Source: a virus (taxonomy: Duplodnaviria; Heunggongvirae; Uroviricota; Caudoviricetes). Taken from it: 38,614 bases of DNA. A program made the position numbers and the translations under genes. A model generated the notes under the pieces. The model ran no database searches. It saw only the letters and a program-made list of their open reading frames with translations, and was not told where the DNA came from. The stretch is from the IMG/VR virus record IMGVR_UViG_2554235189_000017, positions 1-38,614 of that record. The stretch is one strand, 5' to 3'. This document shows positions 8,510-19,116 of the stretch, in pieces (position 1 is the stretch's first letter; each line of letters begins with the position of its first letter).

Positions 8510-10312
8510 TTAACCTCTCAAGAAACACGCCACAGCAACATCAAACAGGCTGGAATCCTGTATTGCCTGCTCACTTTCCCTGTTCGCTTCATCCAGTACT
8601 TCACGCGCACTGCGCGATTGTGGATTACCATCATCATCCAGCACGGTGATTATCATGTCCGGAGATTCAAGCAGCGAGTCTTCAGCTATACGCAGATCAA
8701 TATCTCCTGCCGGATCTGCCATCATTTTTTGTTCTGTCTGTTGCAATATCTTACCGGGCTCAAAAGGAGCTACTTCGTCTGGCGTCCTGACCTCTGCTGT
8801 TTTATAGAATGAAACAGCCTGAGCATTAAGTTCACTTTCTGCCTGCTGTCGTCGTGCCAGTTCTGCTCGAGCTTCAAAAAACTGACCGCCAGGCTCATGC
8901 GGTGCCAACGCGTTACGGGAAAATTCCAGGCGCTCTTGTGCCTGCCGGATTCGTTGGTCAATATCGCGAAGTCTGACCTGTTTATCTGATCGAGCACGAG
9001 ACAAAGCTTTACCGCTACCGGTTGGCTCTTCTGCAAGAATTTGTGCGCGCTGTTCAGTGAGATTTTCAATAATTCGTTGGCTATTAGCGATTTCAGACTG
9101 GTAAACCTGTCTATCGCCACGCGGCAAAAGCTGCGCGGCCTGTTCTTCAAGCAACCGATTTTCTATAGCGCGCGCCGTTACTCCATCATCTACAGATGAC
9201 AGAGCCTCATTAACTGCCTGAGACAGCAGACTCTTGCGCCCAGGAATTTCACTGAAAGATGCAGACTCAACAATGCTGGCAACGTCTACAGGTCTCCCCT
9301 CGCTAACATCAGACATAGCTTTTCTCAGAGCCTGAATGTGAGAATTGCGCGAAAGCACGTTGATCGGCACGCCTGGCGCAATATCAATTTCAGCATGATG
9401 AGCGGCATTCGCCGCCAGTGCAGCATCAACATCAACTGGTGAAAAATTTGGTGCGCTTGTAGACTCGCCGCGAGAGTTAATAAATCTGCCGACACCACCA
9501 AACGCCACCCCAAGAACAGCATCAATAGCAATTGCCTGTCGATCCAACACATCATACTGGTTATCCATTTCGCTATAGCCACCATCACGAAGCGTTTTTG
9601 CAGTAAGCCCACGCTGTGCCATACCGAACGCAATATTTGTACCTGCGGCATAGGCAATATCTGGCGTTGCACGTACTGCTGTTGCTGCGGCGCGTCGCAC
9701 TGAACTTTCACCCGTCCGCGCAAGCTGGGCCGCCACACCTTCCGCCAGCGCACCACCAGCACGTAACCCGAGGCTCATAGGGATCAGTGTTCCGGCACCA
9801 GCAGTAATACCCTGCACTAATCCTGCTTCCTGCGCCGTCCTGAAATCAACACCCTGTGCTGTCAGCCGTTCAAACTCAGAAAAACCCTGTAGCGAAGTTA
9901 CCGCCGCTGCACCTCCGACCGGACCACCGAGCGTTGTACCGACAACAGCCTGCCCGCCCATATCGAACAACCCATAAAGAACCTGCCCGGCGGTTCCGGT
10001 TGTCGCGGCATCAGGCGTCAGCCGCTTAACCTGCTGCTCTGCTAGTTTTCTCTGCTCGGCAATGTATGAAACTGAAGTGTCATTGAGCGAGGTGTTTTCG
10101 TTAACAAACTGAGCAATCGGGGATACGATTTTATCCATCCCTGCCCATAGCAACTGGTCTGGCTTTGCCACCAGCCCGGAGTACAAACCAGACAATGCCG
10201 CTCCTACAGAATTGTCGAAAAAACCAACATCGCTGTTAAAGCCAGCTGGATTTGATGCTGCTTCGTCAAGCTGCTGATTCTGGTTTACTGGATTAAGGCC
10301 AAAGTAACTCAT
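8510..10312 (-). CDS. Internal virion protein (600 aa), Gly/Ala-rich
   Basis: ATGA start/stop overlap with upstream gene; position in structural operon. Confidence 0.55.
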   Translation of the reverse strand: MSYFGLNPVNQNQQLDEAASNPAGFNSDVGFFDNSVGAALSGLYSGLVAKPDQLLWAGMDKIVSPIAQFVNENTSLNDTSVSYIAEQRKLAEQQVKRLTPDAATTGTAGQVLYGLFDMGGQAVVGTTLGGPVGGAAAVTSLQGFSEFERLTAQGVDFRTAQEAGLVQGITAGAGTLIPMSLGLRAGGALAEGVAAQLARTGESSVRRAAATAVRATPDIAYAAGTNIAFGMAQRGLTAKTLRDGGYSEMDNQYDVLDRQAIAIDAVLGVAFGGVGRFINSRGESTSAPNFSPVDVDAALAANAAHHAEIDIAPGVPINVLSRNSHIQALRKAMSDVSEGRPVDVASIVESASFSEIPGRKSLLSQAVNEALSSVDDGVTARAIENRLLEEQAAQLLPRGDRQVYQSEIANSQRIIENLTEQRAQILAEEPTGSGKALSRARSDKQVRLRDIDQRIRQAQERLEFSRNALAPHEPGGQFFEARAELARRQQAESELNAQAVSFYKTAEVRTPDEVAPFEPGKILQQTEQKMMADPAGDIDLRIAEDSLLESPDMIITVLDDDGNPQSRSAREVLDEANRESEQAIQDSSLFDVAVACFLRG

Positions 10313-12822
10313 TGCGGAATATCTCCGGAGAATCTCTGACGCTTCTGTGTCAGATTAAGAACAACGGGAGAACCATCATCTTTCAGTAGATAACCAGTAC
10401 CAAGTTTCACCAGGTACTGACTATCGCCGTAACTTTGCAAACCATACTGACCAGGCGGTGTTTTTATCCCGGAGCCGACAACTTGTTCATTCCAAGCCTG
10501 ATTAACCCGCTTATCGAATTGCTCTGCAGACATTCCCCACGGCAAAAGGACATTCCCCATTCCGTTATAGTCATGCACGCCACCTGTAGCTACGTTAACA
10601 GCCTGTTTCCAGACATCATTGTCAATTTCGCCTGATACCACGCCTTTTTTCGCCATCACACCAGCGTAATAATCCTTTGCGATCTCGTATGCCATTGATG
10701 CTCCCTGAGCGTCACCAGCAAATGCATCCTTCACCATGTCAGAAAACTCAAAGCGAAGATCAGCATCTTTAGGCATCGGAATACCTTTCGCGTCATCAGT
10801 ACCTTTACGAGCCGCCGCACCAGCAAGAATTGTCTGCGCTGCGGTTTCAGGAGACACGGAAACATCAGGATTAAACCAGTTTTTTTCTGCCAAAATACCA
10901 CCAGGCTTATCCATCAGTATCCCGGCAACGGCAGCAGATGGAGCGTTGGCACTGATCTGCTGTAGTGCTGACATATACACCTGCCCACCACCAGTGCTCT
11001 GCCTGATGGTATCGAGATATGCTGCCTGTTGGGAAACTGGCGCATCACGAAAGAAAACACCGATCTGATTGGCCTCGTCTTTGGAAAAGAACGTCAGTGG
11101 AGTGCCATATGACTTAGCAAGGTCACTGACCTGAGCGGCACGCAAGGCAACGCTCTGTCCAAAGTTATCCTTATTGCTCATGTCGATAGGCTTTGCCTGT
11201 CCGGCGGCAAGAGAGAACTGCACAGGATCCGATTGCCGCTGCTTTATCACCTGATTTGCAGCCGAAACAACGTTGTCATAAAGAGCTGCGCGTGCCGCAT
11301 ACCCCTCCCCTGTCTCACCAGTATCCGGGCGTAATTGCTCAACATATGCTGTAATGCTGCTTGTCGGCATATTGCGGAAAGAGCCTATATACTGTCCGGC
11401 GATCTGCGTATTTCTGAACTCGGTATATCGCAGGTTTCCTTCTCTGACGCCATAAGCTGCAATAAAATCAGCCTCACCAGGTGGGTTAGGAAATTCAACG
11501 CCACGCATATACGCAGCCGTCGCATCGCGAACCTGGCTGTCAATCATCGTTTTATATTCAGCCTGCTGCTGCCGACGAAGTTGATCCGCCTGTCGCATAA
11601 AACTTGCCTGCGCCTCAGGAGATGCCGCATCGAATGCTGCATTACCGGTATAGCGTTTAGTGTTGGTTGGAATTGTTGATAAACCAAGTGCTGCACTGAC
11701 ACCAGCAGTTAACTGCTGATCACTGTATGGCTGGCTACCGTTCTCATGATGGATAATGGCTGCACAAAGCGCCTTCAGGGTATCAGGATTAGATGCATCG
11801 AGAGGTTCATCAGCAGAAACGCCAAGTTGTTCGCACACTGCTTTGATATACGACATAGTGTCATTTTTATCAGTAGGCGGTGCCCAGCGATTAATTATCT
11901 CGCTGACGGTATCAATACCCTGCCTCTGATACGACATCAGGTTCCGCCCTAATGCACGAATCCCGTGTTCAGGTGTTTCGAATTTAGCAAATCGACCATC
12001 ATCACCGGTCTGGCCTACCCACGGATTAGTTTTGCTGTATTCGAGATTTCCTGGGTTATTGTTGCGTATGCCACGGGCACGCTCGGAAGAGTCACTATCT
12101 GCTACAGCACGGCGAGCTCCAGCAACAGTATCACTTAACTCGCCATTACTTTGGATGAATGCGGTCGCATTGTTTGCCGACCACTGGGACAATGCGGCAT
12201 CAGCAACCTTCTCTTTAAACTCGATTTTCTTGGCCTGTATTTGCTCGTCGCTCCAGCCATGCGCAATGCCGTAATCCTCAATTTGCTGGAAAGTTTGCTT
12301 ATTAGCCAATACGTATGCGGCGTTGTCGCCATACAATGCTGCGGCATTTTTACCATTGTTCAGCAGCGTCGCCTGAAACTGGCCTTCTTCGTAGGCATTT
12401 ATTTGCCCTATCTCGTGCCGCCCGGCCTGCGTAGTGAACTGAATACGCTGCTGCTGCGCCTGCTGCATGAAAGCATTACGAGCCTGTTCATCCGGCAGCG
12501 ACATAGCCAGTTGTTCGATCTGAGCATCAAACTGCTGCGTATACTCCTGACCTTTTCCAATAGCATTTTTCCCTTTCAGGTTAAGCAAACCTGTTTCAGG
12601 GTTATTCAGCAGATCGCTGCTTATCTGACTGAGGTTAAGAGATGCCTCCTGAGCCAGAGCGATATTGGCACGCTGTTTTGCCTGCCCCAAAACATCAATT
12701 GCCTCTGTCCCTGCCCGAACAAAAGCATCACCAATACCTTGCTGAGAAAACGTCTGCAAGCCTGCTGACTGAACTCCACGACTCTCAACCTGACGTCCGG
12801 ATACTGTTGGTACGACTGGCAT
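10309..12822 (-). CDS. Internal virion / ejection protein (~837 aa), possibly with an enzymatic domain (RNNNPGNL motif)
   Basis: Start placed at MPVVPT (AGGAG RBS; TAATG overlap with upstream stop) rather than the track's 12897. Confidence 0.55.
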   Translation of the reverse strand: MPVVPTVSGRQVESRGVQSAGLQTFSQQGIGDAFVRAGTEAIDVLGQAKQRANIALAQEASLNLSQISSDLLNNPETGLLNLKGKNAIGKGQEYTQQFDAQIEQLAMSLPDEQARNAFMQQAQQQRIQFTTQAGRHEIGQINAYEEGQFQATLLNNGKNAAALYGDNAAYVLANKQTFQQIEDYGIAHGWSDEQIQAKKIEFKEKVADAALSQWSANNATAFIQSNGELSDTVAGARRAVADSDSSERARGIRNNNPGNLEYSKTNPWVGQTGDDGRFAKFETPEHGIRALGRNLMSYQRQGIDTVSEIINRWAPPTDKNDTMSYIKAVCEQLGVSADEPLDASNPDTLKALCAAIIHHENGSQPYSDQQLTAGVSAALGLSTIPTNTKRYTGNAAFDAASPEAQASFMRQADQLRRQQQAEYKTMIDSQVRDATAAYMRGVEFPNPPGEADFIAAYGVREGNLRYTEFRNTQIAGQYIGSFRNMPTSSITAYVEQLRPDTGETGEGYAARAALYDNVVSAANQVIKQRQSDPVQFSLAAGQAKPIDMSNKDNFGQSVALRAAQVSDLAKSYGTPLTFFSKDEANQIGVFFRDAPVSQQAAYLDTIRQSTGGGQVYMSALQQISANAPSAAVAGILMDKPGGILAEKNWFNPDVSVSPETAAQTILAGAAARKGTDDAKGIPMPKDADLRFEFSDMVKDAFAGDAQGASMAYEIAKDYYAGVMAKKGVVSGEIDNDVWKQAVNVATGGVHDYNGMGNVLLPWGMSAEQFDKRVNQAWNEQVVGSGIKTPPGQYGLQSYGDSQYLVKLGTGYLLKDDGSPVVLNLTQKRQRFSGDIPQ

Positions 12823-13367
12823 TATAATCCTCCGGGTAATCTGGTTCCTGCTGCTGCCACGATTGGCGCAGGAGTGCTTTGAGTAAACGGACTCCACGTC
12901 CCACCAAACATCTGGTACGCACCGTATGCCTTCAGAGGCGCAGTGAGCAATGTTGTTGCTGCTCCCACATTCCCCTGTTTACGGGCTGAACTGGCTTCTG
13001 CTTTATAGTTGGCAGCCTGAACCTGATAACCGTAAGCTTCGCGTTGCGCGTTATTCACCGTCGTCAGCGAATCAAGAGCGCCAAACTGGGCAGTGTCGCC
13101 AAATATATCCAGCGCGTTACCTGTAGATAAATCAGAGCCGGTAGCCCCCATTGTCGCCGCCTGTGTACCAAGCCGCTGTCGGGTCTCTCTGCGCCGTTGC
13201 TCAGCTTCAGCGTTACCCCTGTTTATTGCATCATTTGCCTGAGCTGTGGCTATATCTGCGTTCGCTTCTGCAACCTTCGAGGCATACTTTCCCTGTTGGT
13301 ACTGGGTGTATGCCTGAATGCCACTCATGGCGAGCATTGCGCCACCAGCAATAACCGGATCGCACAT
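12822..13367 (-). CDS. Virion structural protein (181 aa)
   Basis: Coupled to flanking genes; Ala/Gln-rich helical protein. Confidence 0.5.
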   Translation of the reverse strand: MCDPVIAGGAMLAMSGIQAYTQYQQGKYASKVAEANADIATAQANDAINRGNAEAEQRRRETRQRLGTQAATMGATGSDLSTGNALDIFGDTAQFGALDSLTTVNNAQREAYGYQVQAANYKAEASSARKQGNVGAATTLLTAPLKAYGAYQMFGGTWSPFTQSTPAPIVAAAGTRLPGGL

Positions 13368-13831
13368 TATTTTCTCTCCATGTGAAATCTGTGGAAATTA
13401 AGACCAAGTGCACCATAAGGCGCGGCTTCTTCAAGCCTGAATCCAAGCCAGTGCAGCCATGCTTTGGCAACATGGTTTCGCTCATCGACATAGTTTTCCA
13501 GGCGCGGATAAACTGCCAGCATCTGCTGCAATACAGGGCGGCAGTGGCGCAGAAATGTCTTCTGATATTTTTCAATACGGCTGGTCCCGACCAGCCAGGG
13601 CGTACCATTGCCACCGATCATTGACGCCGGAGATACACCAAACATGGTTACCAGTTCTCCGTTTGCGAACCCTGACCAGGCCATAGTCGCAGTGCGAAGA
13701 CCAACACGCAGCGCATCTTCGGTAGTCATCAGCGATACCGCATACAGTTCGTCAATATCAGCCTGACGAACATCCGGCAAAATCATCTGAAGATGCTCTT
13801 CGGTGGCGGGAATAATTCGAACATCGATCAT
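13367..13831 (-). CDS. Virion structural protein (154 aa)
   Basis: Start overlaps stop of upstream gene. Confidence 0.5.
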   Translation of the reverse strand: MIDVRIIPATEEHLQMILPDVRQADIDELYAVSLMTTEDALRVGLRTATMAWSGFANGELVTMFGVSPASMIGGNGTPWLVGTSRIEKYQKTFLRHCRPVLQQMLAVYPRLENYVDERNHVAKAWLHWLGFRLEEAAPYGALGLNFHRFHMERK

Positions 13832-16302
13832 CAGAATCCCCCAACAGTAAGACGAGGAATAACGGCAAGAACAGACAGCGGCAACGGGTCAAGCTGACGG
13901 ATTCTTACACGTCCGTTTTTGCCCCAGTTACTGTCCAGTTTCACTTCTACTTTTCCGGTAGCGTCATCAACAGGATCATCGTAGAACTCGAATTCACGCT
14001 GTGGATATTCGTACCATTTACCGCCGGGCGTAGTCGCCCAGATGCCGCGGCTGGCATTCACAACCAGAGTAACGGATGGGATCACCTGTTTTTTGTCCAG
14101 CAGCGTTTCCTGTCCGTTAATGTTGATATCCAGTGTTTCGAATTCAGCAGTTATTGGCAGGCCGATGTGCACTACAGCCCCCGGTGATTCCAGCGTGACG
14201 GCACCTCCGGAAACTACTTTCTGTGGTTCCACGTTCGCATCAGAGAGGATGTTTACGGTCTGTCCTTCAAGATGAGACAGGCCTCCAAATGTCCGGCGCG
14301 CCATCTGCCAGTTCGTGGTGGCCACATTCCTGAGGGATGGCGGGACGTTCCTGTTAGCACGAACCACTACTGCGGTATTGCTGGTTACAGAAATAATGTC
14401 GCAACGTAATTCTTTTGACACTTCATCGCCAGTACCAGGATCAGTTCCGGTATAAGGGAACTGTAGTTGCGCACCGACATCACTACTGGTGAAGTACGCA
14501 CCACCAGAAACACTGATTGTATATTCCGCGCGGTAATCCCATTCGCCAGAACCACCAGTGATGGTCATCGTTCTGTCAGACGTATTTCTTCCATCATAGC
14601 TAAGGCCAGAATCAACAAAGAAAGCATCTTCATCGCTGGTAAATAAACGGCTGGACAGTCGCTCGATGTATCTCACTGTTTGCCCGTTAACGGTTCGGTT
14701 AATGACGAAATACACCGCATCTTCATTTCCTTCGCTGATACTGCATGTGCTTTCATATTTTCCGGTACTGGATTGTGGTGCCCATGCAAAAACCTGCTGA
14801 TCACGCAAATAGGTCATCACCAGTAATTTACCGTCATCACGAATGCAGAAGGCGCTGGAGTAAGGGACAATAGAGAAGCACCAGTCAACAATGCTGTGCT
14901 TCTGAAAAAGATGATTGGCAAGGATGGTCAGGTCGTTCCCCTGATAGCCGTCAACATCGAATGAGTAGGCCAGATCACGGACAACACTGCCTTTCTCCTG
15001 GACGAACAGAGCAATATTCGCCACGGCAATTGGTGGGACATTGCTCGAGCCATTTGATCCCTGAGAGCTGAATGCAAATGATGATGGGGTTAACACTTTG
15101 TTCTGGTCGCCGGTGATGACGTACTCACCTCCGGAAGTCAGTGCCACCAGCGAACCGACATCAATCAGGTGGCGGATCTCATTAACCTGACGCCCGGCAT
15201 AGGTGTAGATAATTCTGTCGTCATCCTGCGTAGGATTGCTTTTGCCAAAATCCTTATAATCCCCAGTACGGCTGGCCCAGATAGTCTGAGGGAACGCTGT
15301 CGATGCGGCGAAGTAAAGACGTTGTTGATAATAAACAACCGTGCCAGGATAACCGTTAACACTGTTCCAGGCATATTTAGCCCATTTATAGCTGGCATTA
15401 TCCTCGCCAACGACCTGCGAAGGGATATAGGAAATCACCTCAGCAGTTGCAGTAGTGCCATTTACAGCAGTTATACGGGCAATGCCAAAACCACTGTGCA
15501 GATACTCCCACTCAATGCCAGTATCATCATCACCGGATCCGCCCCAGCCATCCCATGATGTGCCTTCTGTATGCGAAGGGCGCAAAGTGCCTGTTTTGCC
15601 TGCTGTAACGGCGCGATAGTAGTTACTGTCTGCACGGCGAATATCGCCAATCGACGTACTCTTACTGGTTTCCCATACCGGCACAGAATCCACTGCAGGC
15701 TGTTCCAGATAGAACAATTTGCCTACCTGCTCCGCGCCAAAAATTGAGGCGCTTGCCGTTAACGTAATTGTCCCGGTGCTGGCGCTGGCATAAACCGTCA
15801 CTGACTCGTCAATATTGATATCTTCAAATGGCCCGTTCTTCGTTACCACATCAACCAGTTGCCAGTTGTCATGCGCATAGCGGCGCAACTCTTTCGGCGG
15901 GTATGCCGGGTGAACCAGCGTAAGCACGTCTGCGCTTTGCGTGAATTTAATTCGGAACAGATCGGCTTCAGTATATGGCGTGGCAATTTCATAAATAACA
16001 TTGCTGCTGTTCAGCACCAACGCACCATCTTTGATAACGCGCATGTACTGGTGTCCGAACTCCAGAGCGTAGGTCTGAACCGTCGAGAACTGGAACGGGA
16101 TCAGGCGGCATTTCCGATTTGGGTATTTGGCGGCACCGACAAAACGCGTACCAGGTCGATTCTCAACGCCGCCATACTGCCGCACGATAAAGTTATCGCA
16201 CTTGCGCAATGCTACCTGGTACTTCGCCATGTCAATACGCCCGTACAACGACGGTCCAATCTCACCACCGGCAAAGCTGGGCTGGATCCAACTGATAGCC
16301 AT
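13831..16302 (-). CDS. Tail tubular protein B-like (nozzle), 823 aa
   Basis: Large protein immediately after a ~200-aa protein, matching the T7 gp11/gp12 size and order pattern. Confidence 0.55.
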   Translation of the reverse strand: MAISWIQPSFAGGEIGPSLYGRIDMAKYQVALRKCDNFIVRQYGGVENRPGTRFVGAAKYPNRKCRLIPFQFSTVQTYALEFGHQYMRVIKDGALVLNSSNVIYEIATPYTEADLFRIKFTQSADVLTLVHPAYPPKELRRYAHDNWQLVDVVTKNGPFEDINIDESVTVYASASTGTITLTASASIFGAEQVGKLFYLEQPAVDSVPVWETSKSTSIGDIRRADSNYYRAVTAGKTGTLRPSHTEGTSWDGWGGSGDDDTGIEWEYLHSGFGIARITAVNGTTATAEVISYIPSQVVGEDNASYKWAKYAWNSVNGYPGTVVYYQQRLYFAASTAFPQTIWASRTGDYKDFGKSNPTQDDDRIIYTYAGRQVNEIRHLIDVGSLVALTSGGEYVITGDQNKVLTPSSFAFSSQGSNGSSNVPPIAVANIALFVQEKGSVVRDLAYSFDVDGYQGNDLTILANHLFQKHSIVDWCFSIVPYSSAFCIRDDGKLLVMTYLRDQQVFAWAPQSSTGKYESTCSISEGNEDAVYFVINRTVNGQTVRYIERLSSRLFTSDEDAFFVDSGLSYDGRNTSDRTMTITGGSGEWDYRAEYTISVSGGAYFTSSDVGAQLQFPYTGTDPGTGDEVSKELRCDIISVTSNTAVVVRANRNVPPSLRNVATTNWQMARRTFGGLSHLEGQTVNILSDANVEPQKVVSGGAVTLESPGAVVHIGLPITAEFETLDININGQETLLDKKQVIPSVTLVVNASRGIWATTPGGKWYEYPQREFEFYDDPVDDATGKVEVKLDSNWGKNGRVRIRQLDPLPLSVLAVIPRLTVGGF

Positions 16303-16910
16303 CAGGACAACCTCGCAATGGTAAACTCATCAACCGGTGGCTGTGGTTCCTGTGATTCATTCTGGCTATGCGAGCCAGCACTAAGAATCACGCGATTGTA
16401 CATATTGAGGGCAAACGTACCGAGGTCTGCATTCCCAGTCAGCGCCATGTTAATAGCTGCCGCAAGACACCAGGCCAACGCCTCCATAAAAATGGCATCA
16501 AACATGTTCACATCTGAAACGCGAGAGACATACTTGAGCCATGCCTGCGGCTGGTCTGTGTAGATCAACTTTCCTGTTCCGTTGGTGTCTGCACCAACTT
16601 CGTACTGAACGCGCATTGCTGCTGTTGGATTGCGTACACCAGGAAGCATAATTTCAGTAATGCGCAGACAATCTGACGGGTACTGGTACGCATATTCCCA
16701 GTCAGGCGGTGGATTGCTCGTATCTGCAAGCGCCACGCGTTTGGTAGCAAAGTTCCAGTCAAAATCAGAAAGCACAGCATCACGGCAGGCCTCAAAGTGC
16801 AGCGAACATTCCCCCGCTTCCTTGCTGGCTTCCGTCAGGCTGTTAATGCTGCGGCTGTTGCCAATATTGGACAGCGCACGATTACAGATCTCTACTACAG
16901 AGGCCATCAC
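16302..16910 (-). CDS. Tail tubular protein A-like (adaptor), 202 aa
   Basis: Size and position before the 823-aa protein. Confidence 0.5.
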   Translation of the reverse strand: MMASVVEICNRALSNIGNSRSINSLTEASKEAGECSLHFEACRDAVLSDFDWNFATKRVALADTSNPPPDWEYAYQYPSDCLRITEIMLPGVRNPTAAMRVQYEVGADTNGTGKLIYTDQPQAWLKYVSRVSDVNMFDAIFMEALAWCLAAAINMALTGNADLGTFALNMYNRVILSAGSHSQNESQEPQPPVDEFTIARLS

Positions 16911-17236
16911 TCACCTCCGTTACCGTACAGAGTTTCAGCCGCTGATTTTTCTACATCCCCGGAAACAGGAGCGATCGCCATATCAGTAATCTGCAGATCG
17001 GCGCTGCGATTAACACCATCGTCAGTTTCTCTGGCAGACAGGCCTCGAATAACAGCCTTTGCAGTTATCATCACTTCTGTTCCGACGCCCTGAGGTTGCG
17101 CCTTCAGCTTATTCAATGTGTCGTTATTAAGAGTGATGCACAGCCCCCACGGGTATTCATCACGAGTTCTGGTTTCTCCGCTCTCATCCTGGTAGCTGTC
17201 AGTGCCGGTTTTGAGGTTTACGAGTTCCATATACAC
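16907..17236 (-). CDS. Head-tail connector/completion protein (109 aa)
   Basis: Position between capsid and tail genes; coupled ORF. Confidence 0.45.
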   Translation of the reverse strand: MYMELVNLKTGTDSYQDESGETRTRDEYPWGLCITLNNDTLNKLKAQPQGVGTEVMITAKAVIRGLSARETDDGVNRSADLQITDMAIAPVSGDVEKSAAETLYGNGGE

Positions 17237-17280
17237 TCCTGCAATAAAGGGGCCGAAGCCCCTTGTCTGATTCGCGAGGC

Positions 17281-17625
17281 TTACACGCCCAGTTCTTTAC
17301 GCTTATCTGCGATCTTCTCGCGGAGCGTTTCAGCTTTGGCGTTATGGTGTGGCTTCTCGTTAAAGAGCAATTCGTACTCTTCACGGAGCTTATCCAGTTC
17401 ACCATCATCTGACACATCGTTGATGATTTTGGTGCTGGTTGCTGCCATTGACACCTTTCCTGCAACTTTTGCTTTTGCCTGTCTGGCTGCATCGTTAACA
17501 GGTTCCAGTGCGCTACCAGGCTCACCTTCGTATTCGATTTCTGCCCCCTCCGGCCACAGAGTGTTATGGATATGAGAGAGGCGCAGAACGCGGTATCTTG
17601 GTTTCTCACCTGACATCGATATCAC
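17281..17625 (-). CDS. Hypothetical virion protein (114 aa), acidic
   Basis: Preferred over the overlapping 17199..17609 frame on composition and gene packing. Confidence 0.4.
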   Translation of the reverse strand: MISMSGEKPRYRVLRLSHIHNTLWPEGAEIEYEGEPGSALEPVNDAARQAKAKVAGKVSMAATSTKIINDVSDDGELDKLREEYELLFNEKPHHNAKAETLREKIADKRKELGV

Positions 17626-17626
17626 C

Positions 17627-18064
17627 TTAACCAGTTACTTTTGAGCGGATCGGATACGGCGTATTGGCATCAACATCAAGACTGATACCAGCAGTGAATT
17701 CGCCAGCCGTTAGTGGGCCAGTTGCGACGGAGTAGTTAACACGCAGATATCGCTGAACACCGGCAGGCACCTTTGCAGAAACAACTCGTTTACCTGCTGT
17801 CAGGGCGGTCTTTGCCAGTGCGCCACTATCATAAATAGTGGTCCATGAGCTGTTATCCTCACTCGTCTGCAACTGGATGTTTACAGTTGCATCACCGCTT
17901 GCCGCGGCGGCTGTGTTAACCAGCGCCCAAAACTCAAGCGGGTAACCCACGCCGATATCACGACGTTTTCCGTCAATTGGACCGAGATCGATTACGTCAG
18001 TAGAAGCCGCGGTATTCGTAACCGCCTGAGCTTCGGAGAACATCAACAGTTTGTCGGTGATCAT
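17627..18064 (-). CDS. Capsid decoration / Ig-like surface protein (145 aa)
   Basis: Immediately follows the major capsid gene; Thr/Ala/Ser-rich. Confidence 0.45.
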   Translation of the reverse strand: MITDKLLMFSEAQAVTNTAASTDVIDLGPIDGKRRDIGVGYPLEFWALVNTAAAASGDATVNIQLQTSEDNSSWTTIYDSGALAKTALTAGKRVVSAKVPAGVQRYLRVNYSVATGPLTAGEFTAGISLDVDANTPYPIRSKVTG

Positions 18065-18115
18065 CTTCTTTCTCCATTAGTGGGTCTGTTACGACCCACA
18101 GGTTAATAACAGGCG

Positions 18116-19108
18116 TTACACCACACGGGCTTCTGTTTCCAGAAGCGCATCAGTCTCACGGATTGGTACACCACGGAATGAAGTCCACCACTCGCCTTCT
18201 GTCTCTTTTACGCTGATCGCCAGAGATGTTTTCTCCAGAGATTGCAGATCAAGAGCCTGGCCTACAGTGCGGTTCATGTAGAACACCGGGCGGCCCATGC
18301 CACGGTTTGGAATGCGATGCAGTGCTTTAACCATCAACTTCGCAATATTTGCGGCTGAGGAAGGTTCTGAAAGATTGCTGACATCGATGTTTGCAATGCG
18401 AACAACATAACGCCAGTCACGCAGAGCAAGCCCGTTGTCCCATTTGTAATGGGTACGGTAGCCTTCGTACTTGCCGCCATCAGCATCTTCCAGTGTCACC
18501 TGGCCTTTATCTTCCATCTGGATGCCAGCCTTCTGCCCTTTCGGGAAGATGCCATGCACGGTGTTTTCGCCCCACACCACTAACCAGATTGAGGTGTTAT
18601 CTGTACCCGTGCCACCAGCATCAATGATGTTCTGAGCATTACCCGCAGACAGGCTGGAATAGCGGGAGGACAGCCCCATAAACTGCTGAGGGTTAACGCT
18701 GGAATCACCATAAAACAGCGTCTGCGCCATCTGCTGATTCATCGCTTCAATAAATGCGCGGTCTTCAGACAGGCGGAATTCAGCGGTATTGCCGTTCAGA
18801 TCAGCCAGTGACTTATCGACTTCAGCATAGGTTTCCAGCATGCCAACGGAATCGGTTACCTGCACTGTGGTTGATTTGCTTGGCTGTACGCCATAGTTCA
18901 GCAAACGCCAGGTAGCTGAAGGTAAACCAGAACGAATGGTGGTTCGGTGTCCGGTAGGAAGGTTCCCTTCGACAAAAGGCATATCCTGAAGGATCGGGTT
19001 AGTTTGACCGAGAAGCTCGATAATCTTATCGACTTTCCCGTTTGGATCGACGCGCTTACCCCAGTCAGCCAGCGTTAGCGCAGTTAAGCCTTTAACAGCC
19101 ATTGTCAT
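18116..19108 (-). CDS. Major capsid protein (HK97-fold, epsilon15-like)
   Basis: 330 aa, position after scaffold and portal. Confidence 0.7.
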   Translation of the reverse strand: MTMAVKGLTALTLADWGKRVDPNGKVDKIIELLGQTNPILQDMPFVEGNLPTGHRTTIRSGLPSATWRLLNYGVQPSKSTTVQVTDSVGMLETYAEVDKSLADLNGNTAEFRLSEDRAFIEAMNQQMAQTLFYGDSSVNPQQFMGLSSRYSSLSAGNAQNIIDAGGTGTDNTSIWLVVWGENTVHGIFPKGQKAGIQMEDKGQVTLEDADGGKYEGYRTHYKWDNGLALRDWRYVVRIANIDVSNLSEPSSAANIAKLMVKALHRIPNRGMGRPVFYMNRTVGQALDLQSLEKTSLAISVKETEGEWWTSFRGVPIRETDALLETEARVV

Positions 19109-19116
19109 TTCCTCTC

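Noticed and set aside
12151-12768. 205-aa plus-strand ORF
   Set aside because: Antisense within the large internal virion protein gene.
15859-16563. 234-aa plus-strand ORF
   Set aside because: Antisense to the tubular protein A/B-like genes, which are tightly coupled on the minus strand.
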